The notes: generated from the sequence alone by a model not told the origin. 17,759 nucleotides of DNA from Candidatus Thorarchaeota archaeon (GCA_048884965.1 JBHLQH010000051.1:1-17759), one strand, 5' to 3'. Positions 1-8,172 are shown, counted from the first letter of the stretch. Numbers and translations are program-made.

Positions 1-2
1 CT

Positions 3-140
3 AGAAACGAAGCATCGTTCGATATAGAGGTGGAGATTACTGAAGAAGCGGATATACTACCAACAATCTACGCCATTATAGGAATCGCTGTGGTTGGATC
101 AATCATTATTGCCATGGAAGTCTATCATCGCAGAAAATAG
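3..140 (+). CDS. 3' end of a C-terminally membrane-anchored (surface) protein, truncated by the window edge
   Basis: Frame 3 is open from the window start: RNEASFDIEVEITEEADILPTIYAIIGIAVVGSIIIAMEVYHRRK*. A single hydrophobic helix is followed by a basic tail and TAG at 138-140. Confidence 0.75.
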   Translation, partial: RNEASFDIEVEITEEADILPTIYAIIGIAVVGSIIIAMEVYHRRK

Positions 141-262
141 GTTATTTGTAGATTTCACCTTCGACTAGACACAGATTATAAGAGAGATGAAAAGTAAACA
201 CAATTCAGCACATAGAGGTACCCTAAAAAGGACATTTTCAAAAGGAGGAGGAAGCAGTTTTC

Positions 263-538
263 ATGGTGTGGAGAATGAAGATCGAAGACTATGAATTTGA
301 AGAGGAGAAAACTCTCTCAAACCTCGCGACACTTTTGGAAGATATCGCAGAACAACTTCGAGAGGGTCAAATATTAGAGTTGCCTATGCCTTCTAGAAAA
401 GAGGGAAGAATTGAGTTATCTATTGGAGAGCCAGTAGAAACAGGGATTGAAGTAGGAATCCGAAAACATTTCATCCACGTGACACTATCGCTCGCTTGGG
501 CAAGACCGGAAATGAAGGGAGTAATTGATGATGAATGA
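263..538 (+). CDS. Amphi-Trp domain protein
   Basis: About 90 aa with an amphipathic helix (LATLLEDIAEQLREG), beta-strand-like segments and the characteristic terminal Trp (VTLSLAW). An alternative start is ATG 275. It overlaps the next ORF. Confidence 0.7.
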   Translation: MVWRMKIEDYEFEEEKTLSNLATLLEDIAEQLREGQILELPMPSRKEGRIELSIGEPVETGIEVGIRKHFIHVTLSLAWARPEMKGVIDDE

Positions 539-1154
539 TGTGGTATTCACTAGGAAGGAGGTATTGGAAAAGACTGCCGCCATCTTGGAACTTCAAGAGG
601 CTATTAGTTCCTTTGTAGGAAAGAGGCTTTGCGAAACATGTGAAACTGCAGAAGAGGAATGGATGGAAAAACGAACTCACATCATGAAGCATCTGAAGAA
701 TCTCATTTCAAAATACGACTTCGCTCGCACTCTCCCAAGAGACGACTTAGGTATAGCAGCTCAAGCAGTTCTTAGCTACCTCCTCAAGATCCAGTACACT
801 TACGCACAGGTCGTAGTCATGATCGATATGATTCGAGGTGAGCCATTCGGAGAAGTCTATCTGGATTCAATGAATGCTATCTCATCGAAGACCCATCAGC
901 AATTGACGGCCTTGAAGAACTTGACCCTAGAGCGAATAGCAAATCAAGAAGCAGCGACAGCTGCACTGCAATCAGTTGTCAGATTGGAAAGGGAGATTGA
1001 TGAGGACAATATTGTCATTTGCAGGCAAATATCTGTAGCAAGTTTTGAAGGAGAAACGAACTACACATGCTATATGATGCGAAAAATCGTGAGTGAGCTG
1101 GAGCATATCTCGGATTACATAAAGGATGCTGCTGAGGTCATAATCGATATATGA
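525..1154 (+). CDS. DUF47/PhoU-like helical-bundle protein (putative transport regulator)
   Basis: All-helical 209 aa with acidic motifs LEREIDE and ELEHISDYIKDAAE typical of DUF47/PhoU repeats. The N-terminal repeat is degenerate. Confidence 0.65.
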   Translation: MMMNDVVFTRKEVLEKTAAILELQEAISSFVGKRLCETCETAEEEWMEKRTHIMKHLKNLISKYDFARTLPRDDLGIAAQAVLSYLLKIQYTYAQVVVMIDMIRGEPFGEVYLDSMNAISSKTHQQLTALKNLTLERIANQEAATAALQSVVRLEREIDEDNIVICRQISVASFEGETNYTCYMMRKIVSELEHISDYIKDAAEVIIDI

Positions 1155-1165
1155 GGTGTTCGTAA

Positions 1166-2845
1166 GTGGCTGATGTTCTCCCGCTTTACCTCATTGCAGC
1201 CGTCCTTATTGGTGGTGTTGCACTAGCAAAGGTATCTGAAACATACAGGTTTCCATATCCAATCCCATTGATTATAGCGGGGATCCTTCTAGGACAGGCA
1301 AACGAAGTCTTCCCCTTTTTTCCAATCGATATCGATGTCAGCTTTATCGCACAGCTAACACTGGCATGTGTACTCTTCTATGCGGGACTTACTATGAACT
1401 TGAAGGAAACAAATAGAGCTAGAACCTCAATTATCCTTCTTGCAACTTTAGGTGTTTTGCTTACTTCTGTTATCACAGGAGTCACAATGTTCTACATAAC
1501 GCCAGCCGTAGGCACAATCCTTCCTCTTGCGTTGCTTATCGGAGCGATTGTATCACCTACGGATCCAGCTGCCCTATTCTCAGTTCTTGAAAGCGGTGGG
1601 GTCCGAGTCAAGAGAAAGCTCTTCACTTTGCTTGAAGGTGAAGCGGTCTTCAATGATGCAACAGCAGTTGTTCTGGTCACTACAGTCTTTGAGCCTCTGA
1701 TTGTGCCTGGCATTTATGGAGAAGCTCAAATTGAATGGTATATCATTTTCATTGACTTCATCCTTAGTATGGGTTTGGGTGTAGTGATTGGATTTGCAGT
1801 CGCATATGGACTTGGCAGACTGATTAATTCCACTGCTGGAGATACAAATGTTTCAATCCTTACAGCTACTACCCCAATTTTCGCATACGGGATAGGAGAA
1901 GCAATAGCAAGCATTGTTCCAGGAGTCCATCCAGGAGCATTGGCTGCAGTATTTGCGGGAATATTCATGGCTAACTCAAGGATGGTTTCGGTTCCATTCC
2001 TACCTCAAAAATCTATGAGGGGAGTCATGAAGAACGTTTCATTCTTCTTTGAGATTGTAGTCTATATACTTCTAGGATTGACATTGAACACCGTACAGCT
2101 GATAGCAAGACCGGATCTACTTTTCGCAGGATTGGTAGTAGGTATGCTGGTCATTTTTGTTGCACGACCCGTTTCCGTCTTCGCAGTAACGCTGCAGGAT
2201 AAAACAGTAGGATTCAAGGAGAGGTTCTTACTGAGCTGGGCGGGGGTGAAAGGAGTAGCAAGTGCAGCACTTGCCGCTATTGTAGTTGCAGTAATCACAT
2301 CCGTCGATCACGCGGCAGATGTCGAAATTCTTTGGGGTATAAGTGCACAGGAAATTGGTTTGACTATCAATTCAATTGTATTCATCGTAATCCTGATGAG
2401 TCTCTTCATTCAAGGGCTTACAACTCCTATACTCACAACTATGCTTGGACTGGTTGAGGAACAGGATCGAGCACAAGAAATAACTGCTGAAAGAAACGCT
2501 ATACGCCAATCCCTACTACATCTAGTTGATCAGTATACCGAAGGCAAGGTAGATTCGAGACTATACTCACTCTTAAAGATGGAGCTCGAAGAGCAAATTT
2601 TCCATCTTGAGGATGAGCTCCGAAAACTTGTTGCCGAAAGAAGAGCAAGACTTAGGGAGCTAGAGATAAGACATAATCTCGCCCAAAAGAAACTCGAGTT
2701 CTACTCAGCAGAATATGAGGCAGGGAGGATTTCTGACACCACCTTTGAGGATATGAAGGCGGAGCTGGAAGCAGATATAGACGAACTCGCTGCGCATATG
2801 AAGAGTGCTCAAGCATCAGCGCCAAAGAAGAGTGAAGAATCATAG
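1166..2845 (+). CDS. CPA1 / NhaP-type cation:proton antiporter with a C-terminal coiled-coil tail
   Basis: Many TM helices; CPA1 motifs SPTDP, LEGEAVFNDA (ND motif), ARP and WAGVKG. GTG start preceded by GAGGTG RBS. Hydrophilic helical tail of about 130 aa. Confidence 0.9.
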   Translation: MADVLPLYLIAAVLIGGVALAKVSETYRFPYPIPLIIAGILLGQANEVFPFFPIDIDVSFIAQLTLACVLFYAGLTMNLKETNRARTSIILLATLGVLLTSVITGVTMFYITPAVGTILPLALLIGAIVSPTDPAALFSVLESGGVRVKRKLFTLLEGEAVFNDATAVVLVTTVFEPLIVPGIYGEAQIEWYIIFIDFILSMGLGVVIGFAVAYGLGRLINSTAGDTNVSILTATTPIFAYGIGEAIASIVPGVHPGALAAVFAGIFMANSRMVSVPFLPQKSMRGVMKNVSFFFEIVVYILLGLTLNTVQLIARPDLLFAGLVVGMLVIFVARPVSVFAVTLQDKTVGFKERFLLSWAGVKGVASAALAAIVVAVITSVDHAADVEILWGISAQEIGLTINSIVFIVILMSLFIQGLTTPILTTMLGLVEEQDRAQEITAERNAIRQSLLHLVDQYTEGKVDSRLYSLLKMELEEQIFHLEDELRKLVAERRARLRELEIRHNLAQKKLEFYSAEYEAGRISDTTFEDMKAELEADIDELAAHMKSAQASAPKKSEES

Positions 2846-2899
2846 TATCAATGAATTGATTCATATTATCGTTTCATTATTTGCTTCCGCGGTGATTCA

Positions 2900-4276
2900 A
2901 TGGCACATCCTAGGAAGCAGTTCAAGAAGCGAAAACCCACCCCGACAACGATTGTTCGTACCATTCGCCCATTCCGAGAATTCATTCGCTTGGAGTCAGC
3001 TGGTGGTATGATCCTCATCGCCTGCATAGTTATCGCACTAGTGTGGGCCAACTTGCCATTGCTTGGTTTGACATATGAATCTCTGTGGAATTCATACATC
3101 GCAATCGGACTAGGGGAGTTTCTTCTTTCACAGCCCCTTCATTTTTGGATTTCTGATCTGCTGATGGTGGTCTTCTTCTTCCTAATTGGTCTTGAGATCA
3201 AGAGAGAGCTTATGATTGGTTGGTTGTCATCATTTCAACAAGCAATTCTTCCGGTCATCGCTGCAATGGGAGGCATGATCTTTCCTGCGATAATCTTCTC
3301 GGCCTTCAATCCACCGGGATCTCTAGGTTCATTAGGATGGGCAATACCTACCGCTACGGATATTGCAATTGTCCTTGGACTGCTATCTCTATTTGGGAAC
3401 AAAATACCGACCCCACTGAAAGTCTTTGTTGCGACGCTGGCAATTGTGGATGACATCGGTGGTGTAGTACTCATCGCGGTATTCTATTCTCATGGATTGA
3501 ATCTTGTTTTCCTTGGAACCGCTGCTTTAATTGTGGCCATACTCCTAATGCTCAATTATTATGAGATAAGACGACGAATAGCGTACCTTGTCTTTGGATT
3601 ACTACTTTGGGCCAGCCTCTATCTTGGTGGTATCCATCCAACGATAACAGGAATTCTACTTTCCCTCACCATTCCAGCAACCAGATCCATTGACTACAAG
3701 GAGTTCATGGAGATTGCAGATCAATTGGTAGATAGGTTGCACAAGATTATAGGTCCAGAACCTGAAGAAACTGATCCAAAAGCGTTTTTGAATACCACAC
3801 AGACGCTTGAGCTTTCATGTCAAGAGGCTCAGGTACCTCTTCAAAGATTGGAGCATGAACTGACACCTTGGGTTGCTTTCTTAATAGTACCGATATTCAC
3901 CTTGGCAAATGCGGGGTTGATTTTCTCGGAGAATACTCTCATTGCACTAGCAACTCCTCTCTCGGTGGGAATAATCTTGGGACTGGTTGTTGGAAAACCT
4001 CTCGGCATCCTAACTGCACTCCTGATTTCAGACAAACTAGGATTAGTAAAACTACCCGAAACCTTCAGTAAGGGAATGCTTGTTGGTGTGTCGATTCTTT
4101 GTGGTGTAGGTTTCACAATTGCGATTTTCATTTCATCCTTGGCATTTGTTGATCCAATTCTATTAGATGGCGCAAAAGGAGCGATCCTGCTTGCATCCCT
4201 GATATCTGCTGTCGTGGGCGTATTATATCTCAGATGGCAAATAAAACGAGAATCTCTCTTGGTGGCTCAGCAGTAA
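2900..4276 (+). CDS. nhaA: Na+/H+ antiporter NhaA
   Basis: NhaA signatures ESAGG, FFFLIGLEIKRE, GWAIPTATDIA, LAIVDD, GIHPTITG, PLQRLEH, GKPLGI and LCGVGFT. GGTGA RBS upstream of the ATG. Confidence 0.95.
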   Translation: MAHPRKQFKKRKPTPTTIVRTIRPFREFIRLESAGGMILIACIVIALVWANLPLLGLTYESLWNSYIAIGLGEFLLSQPLHFWISDLLMVVFFFLIGLEIKRELMIGWLSSFQQAILPVIAAMGGMIFPAIIFSAFNPPGSLGSLGWAIPTATDIAIVLGLLSLFGNKIPTPLKVFVATLAIVDDIGGVVLIAVFYSHGLNLVFLGTAALIVAILLMLNYYEIRRRIAYLVFGLLLWASLYLGGIHPTITGILLSLTIPATRSIDYKEFMEIADQLVDRLHKIIGPEPEETDPKAFLNTTQTLELSCQEAQVPLQRLEHELTPWVAFLIVPIFTLANAGLIFSENTLIALATPLSVGIILGLVVGKPLGILTALLISDKLGLVKLPETFSKGMLVGVSILCGVGFTIAIFISSLAFVDPILLDGAKGAILLASLISAVVGVLYLRWQIKRESLLVAQQ

Positions 4277-4296
4277 GAAAAAAGGAAGGAGAATCC

Positions 4297-4953
4297 CTAG
4301 AATGATACCTTTCGATAGATATCAGGGATTCTAACTCCGGTCTTTCCATTGAAGACATCACGTAGAAGGTCGAAGTGTTCGTCCAAGTCCTTCAGCAGTT
4401 TCTCAAGTTCATCTGTTGAGATATTGGGTTCTGCGACCCAGATAGTGAGATAATTACTGATTACTCCCAACTCAACTGAACCTTCCTCAAGGTCACGAAA
4501 GATTGTGATCTTGATGAGGAACTCAGCTTCGAACATATTGAGGATGTCATGAACGCTAAGGATGATCAGGTCCAGGAAACCAACAAGATCCTCAAGTTCA
4601 GGCTGCTCTGAAAGACTTCCACGTAGTGATTCATTGAATGTCTGAATAGTTGACGCCTTTTGACGAAGGGTCTCGAACATCTTCATGAGCTTTGTAAAAT
4701 CCTTGATGCTAGTTTCTAGTGAAGGAACAAGTTTTGTGAATAGATTGACTAGAAGCTTGCCTTTTGTATTCTCACGAATGCTTTGATGTTCGTTTAGTTT
4801 GCCGAGAGGTCCGTCGAGGTGTTCAAGCTGCATCAATGTGTTTGTTACTGCTTGGATGGATTTGACAGAGTTCCGCTGAATCTTACCCCAGCGCTCTACG
4901 AAGCTGTCGATGCCGTCACGAAGGTCCTCAAGGATATCGAGCTCTCGAGACAA
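4297..4953 (-). CDS. Helical protein resembling eukaryotic CINP / C1orf109 (AIRIM) family
   Basis: 218-aa all-helical ORF, TTG start with GGAG upstream. The segment SVHDILNMFEAEFLIKITIFRDL...YLTIWVAEPNI matches my recollection of the conserved C-terminal half of CINP. The CDS is solid; the family call is tentative. Confidence 0.55.
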   Translation of the reverse strand: MSRELDILEDLRDGIDSFVERWGKIQRNSVKSIQAVTNTLMQLEHLDGPLGKLNEHQSIRENTKGKLLVNLFTKLVPSLETSIKDFTKLMKMFETLRQKASTIQTFNESLRGSLSEQPELEDLVGFLDLIILSVHDILNMFEAEFLIKITIFRDLEEGSVELGVISNYLTIWVAEPNISTDELEKLLKDLDEHFDLLRDVFNGKTGVRIPDIYRKVSF

Positions 4954-5037
4954 CTTGATGTTCTACTCCATTTACAACTTCTTTTCTTAGCTTATAACTC
5001 ATTCTCAGGGGGCATATCTTCAGAGTTGGCATTTGAA

Positions 5038-7503
5038 TCATGACAATTTGGACGTATCAACTTTCGATGTCCTTCCGAGCGCAATCTTCAATGCATCTAC
5101 GCCACTCGTTGCAAGACCCACTACATCACCAGTGAATAGAGAGAAAAGGACAGAAGCAGCTTTTGCAGGAGCGTCTGTACGTTTCTGTATCGACTCTACT
5201 TCATTGGAGAACCTATGCCAGAGACCATCAAGTGTGCCTCTCTCGACGACTCCTTCTTCCTCAAGGGCTTTCACCAGATTCTTGCCTACGACTCCCTCTG
5301 AGCTGAAGTCACATATCATATCAAGGATCTCCTTATTCTCCGGATTATCCTTCTGACGCTCCAGCAAGGCCACAAATGAGAGAGTAGTATGTTGTACAGT
5401 TTCCAACAATTCTACCAACCGAGCCTTCTGCATTGGTTCGAGATCTGCGTCAAGGGTCAAGTCAATCGATCGTTCAATATTCCCAAAGTCCACAAACGAG
5501 AGATCCTTAAACCGTAGGGTACGCTCAATCTTGTGAGGTTCATCTGTGATAAGATCACGCAATTCCTGTGTACCCAGAATCTTAAGAAGCGAGTCTATCG
5601 TTTTCGGAGAATTGACTCCAGTAATCGGCAGGATGTCCTTAAGATAAACAAGGAACGTTGTGAAATTAGGAAGGAAGCGTTTCAGATCCATTCTCAAGCG
5701 ATCCCGAGATTTTCTCGTTAGCAGATTCAGGTCCTGTCGTTCTCCCTCTGCAGCTAATATAAGTGAGAACTCTATAGCTTTACGCCAGTCCGATTCAAGT
5801 TCGGTATCTATAATTTTGGCAGAGAGAGCAGATTTGTGATCTTTAAGGTAGGTATCTTGTGCTGTATCAGACAGATCAGAGCTTGTTTTGTCCTTTCGAC
5901 CAAGAAGAGATGATGAATAATTGACCAGCAACAACAAGTCCATCATGGTGGGTACGGATTTCGTGGATTCCAAGAGAGCAAGACCCTCAAGGATTCTAGC
6001 TGCTACTGGAAACGCAATCGAGGAAACAAAAGCTGCCCTTCCTAGTGAAGTAAGAGAAAGCTCGGATTTACCAGCTTCTTGGATAAATGGTGGCTCGTGA
6101 CTCATCATTGTCTTGAGCGTCTTGCTGGTTGATCCCTTCTTGAAGAAGAGGTCAAGATTCTCTGAGACTTTTCTTCGATCATCATCAGTCTTTATGATAC
6201 CGTGACCAATCAAGCCAATCAGGAGGCTTGACACATTCGTTTCATCAATAAAGCGGACAGGCATAGTAGGAGAGTTGTACACCTTCTTTAGCGCACCTAC
6301 ATCTTCTATTGACTTTGTGAAGACCGTGCAATTGCCAGGTCGTATCTTTCCCCTGCGTAGACGAACTGCACGAGCCATCATTGATTGTCTGAATATCTCA
6401 TCAATTCCTGGGGACTCCATCACCACATGCGAAACCGGAGCAGTCACGCCATACCCAAGTGCCTCTGTGCCAAAGAGGAATCGTAGATATCCTCTTCGAA
6501 ATGCCCATTCGACAAACCAGCGTTGGCTTTCGGATAGAAGTCCATGATAGATACCAATACCTCCTCTGAATGTAACAGGTGAAGGGTAGCCTACCTCTGC
6601 AATTATCGATGAGATGCTGTTCAAACGTTCCTTGATCAGAGGGTCCAAATCGTATGAGACGGCATCGGCAAGCGAAGGTCCTTCAGAGTCAATGTAGGAA
6701 ACTATTGAGTCGATTGATTTCATGTACACCAACGTGCGTGTACCTTCATCAGCTAGATCTTCAAGAAGGGAGTTGAGTGCTTCCTCCTTTTCTTTTGTCT
6801 TGTTATACTTCACCAAATCAATCTCAGGAGGCAAATACTTCGATTCATCTTGAATCAACTTCACTCCAAAATATGATTCGAGTCGTTCAGGTTCCTCGAA
6901 TTCTGCAGAAAGCACTAGCATTCGAGAGTTGGAGTTGGAAATCGTGCTAAGTATGCTTGATACCTCAAAGAGACGCAATCCTCGCATGGGATCGTGCAGA
7001 ATTGAATGTGCATCATCAAGTACCGATGCAACAAGAGTCTGATTCAGAAGCCAACTGCGTGTAGTATCATATCGAAGGAACTCGCAAAGTGCATCGGGTG
7101 TTGCGATGATGATATTTGGAGGTAATCCTTTTGAGAGGCGTACAATGATATCTGATTCCTCAACACCACGAAAGAGGACGAGAGGGCGAAGGAACCAACC
7201 AAAATATCGTGAGATTGTTGCAGCAGTTTCTCTTGCAGAAGCGTGAAATGGTGCGATGAAAATGGCGAGCTCATTGCAGATCCCTTTGTCAGACTTCTTT
7301 CCCTTCTGTATTGCCTTGAACATCTCATTCGCAATGAAAAGAATACCAGCAAAGGTCTTTCCAGTTCGGGATTGAGACATCAAAGCATAGCTATCCCTTG
7401 ATGAGAACAGTCCTTTCTTCTCCGCAATCAGTTGAACATCATTTAGCTCTTGTATCCCAAGTGCTTTCAATGCCTTGGCGAGTGATGGCTCTAGTGTCTT
7501 CAT
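5038..7503 (-). CDS. Ski2/Hel308-like superfamily 2 helicase, degenerate motifs (possible pseudo-helicase)
   Basis: Q motif GIQELNDVQ, motif I SRTGKT, Ia FIAPF, Ib IIIATPD, II LDDAH, III LSAE, GIGIYHGLLSESQRWFVEWAFRRG, V TEALGYGVTAP, VI QSMMARAVR and winged-helix LTSLGR. Start moved to ATG 7503 (GGAGAGGAG RBS), which removes the overlap with the upstream gene. Confidence 0.85.
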   Translation of the reverse strand: MKTLEPSLAKALKALGIQELNDVQLIAEKKGLFSSRDSYALMSQSRTGKTFAGILFIANEMFKAIQKGKKSDKGICNELAIFIAPFHASARETAATISRYFGWFLRPLVLFRGVEESDIIVRLSKGLPPNIIIATPDALCEFLRYDTTRSWLLNQTLVASVLDDAHSILHDPMRGLRLFEVSSILSTISNSNSRMLVLSAEFEEPERLESYFGVKLIQDESKYLPPEIDLVKYNKTKEKEEALNSLLEDLADEGTRTLVYMKSIDSIVSYIDSEGPSLADAVSYDLDPLIKERLNSISSIIAEVGYPSPVTFRGGIGIYHGLLSESQRWFVEWAFRRGYLRFLFGTEALGYGVTAPVSHVVMESPGIDEIFRQSMMARAVRLRRGKIRPGNCTVFTKSIEDVGALKKVYNSPTMPVRFIDETNVSSLLIGLIGHGIIKTDDDRRKVSENLDLFFKKGSTSKTLKTMMSHEPPFIQEAGKSELSLTSLGRAAFVSSIAFPVAARILEGLALLESTKSVPTMMDLLLLVNYSSSLLGRKDKTSSDLSDTAQDTYLKDHKSALSAKIIDTELESDWRKAIEFSLILAAEGERQDLNLLTRKSRDRLRMDLKRFLPNFTTFLVYLKDILPITGVNSPKTIDSLLKILGTQELRDLITDEPHKIERTLRFKDLSFVDFGNIERSIDLTLDADLEPMQKARLVELLETVQHTTLSFVALLERQKDNPENKEILDMICDFSSEGVVGKNLVKALEEEGVVERGTLDGLWHRFSNEVESIQKRTDAPAKAASVLFSLFTGDVVGLATSGVDALKIALGRTSKVDTSKLS

Positions 7504-7559
7504 GTAATCTCCTCTCCGACGAGTTTCATGCGCGAAGTTCTCCGTAATAAATCTACACA

Positions 7560-8114
7560 CTAGAGGACAAGGATTCCATCACGTATCTGTTTCAGAAGGT
7601 CGGAACTCGTGATGATCCCACTCAACCGTCCCTGTTTCTGTACAATGACTGCCTGATAGTCTTGTAGGAGCGGGATGATAGATTCTACTGATGTTTTCTC
7701 ACTGACCATAGGAATTCCTTCGGGATTCATAATTGCTTCAACAGTCATATCGGTAAGATTGAGGTTCAGATTACGAATGATGTCCCCCTGAGAGATTGAA
7801 CCCACCAATCGAGTTCCCCTAAGAACCGGCAATTGTGAATAACTACCACGTCTCATTATCGCAGCAGCTTGGAGAACAGGGTCTCTTGCATCGATAGTTT
7901 CAACTTCAGAAGTCATTATCTCTGAGCAGACCTTCTTTGTTACACCTGCAAGATATCGAATGATGTCGCGTACAAGCGAGAGCTTGGGATCGAGTTCGCC
8001 TTTCTCCATACGAGCAATGAAAGCTTGAGAAACCCCAACCTCATCGGCCAATTCCATCTGACTGATACCAGCTGAGAGGCGCATTTGCTTGAGGTCTTCT
8101 ACAGTAACGATCAT
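7560..8114 (-). CDS. XRE-family HTH transcriptional regulator with tandem CBS domains
   Basis: N-terminal LKQMRLSAGISQMELADEVGVSQAFIARMEKG HTH followed by two CBS motifs (YSQLPVLRGTRLVGSIS; GRLSGIITSSDLL). This is a widespread archaeal architecture. Confidence 0.92.
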   Translation of the reverse strand: MIVTVEDLKQMRLSAGISQMELADEVGVSQAFIARMEKGELDPKLSLVRDIIRYLAGVTKKVCSEIMTSEVETIDARDPVLQAAAIMRRGSYSQLPVLRGTRLVGSISQGDIIRNLNLNLTDMTVEAIMNPEGIPMVSEKTSVESIIPLLQDYQAVIVQKQGRLSGIITSSDLLKQIRDGILVL

Positions 8115-8133
8115 TCATACCACTTATAATATT

Positions 8134-8152
8134 TTATTACTGGGAGTAATAA
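8134..8152. promoter_or_regulatory. Perfect inverted repeat (candidate operator) in the divergent HTH-CBS / mat promoter region
   Basis: TTATTACT-GGG-AGTAATAA, 8-bp arms with a 3-bp spacer, in the 100-bp intergenic region. Confidence 0.55.
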
Positions 8153-8165
8153 CCTATCGGTTGAC

Positions 8166-8172
8166 TTATATA
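8166..8172 (+). promoter_or_regulatory. Candidate TATA box for mat
   Basis: TTATATA about 43 nt upstream of ATG 8215. Confidence 0.4.

Noticed and set aside
471-4131. Short antisense or alternate-frame ORFs inside the antiporter operon (471-692, 1492-1713, 1726-1968, 2062-2298, 2652-2864, 2805-3011, 2866-3099, 3220-3453, 3235-3474, 3841-4131, 3868-4071)
   Set aside because: Shadow ORFs of well-supported genes with no motifs of their own.
4819-7352. Shadow ORFs over the helicase and CINP-like genes (4819-5043, 5033-5356, 5533-5721, 6275-6547, 7044-7352)
   Set aside because: They overlap stronger CDSs and show no independent coding signal.
5038-7503. Helicase as part of an anti-phage system (for example Hachiman HamB-like) or as canonical hel308
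   Set aside because: No recognisable nuclease partner or defence-island context, and the catalytic motifs and C-terminus deviate from Hel308, so no gene symbol was assigned.
7504-7560. Extended GTG start of the helicase ORF at 7560
   Set aside because: It overlaps the stop codon of the upstream gene. ATG 7503 has a strong RBS and sits just before the Q-motif region.
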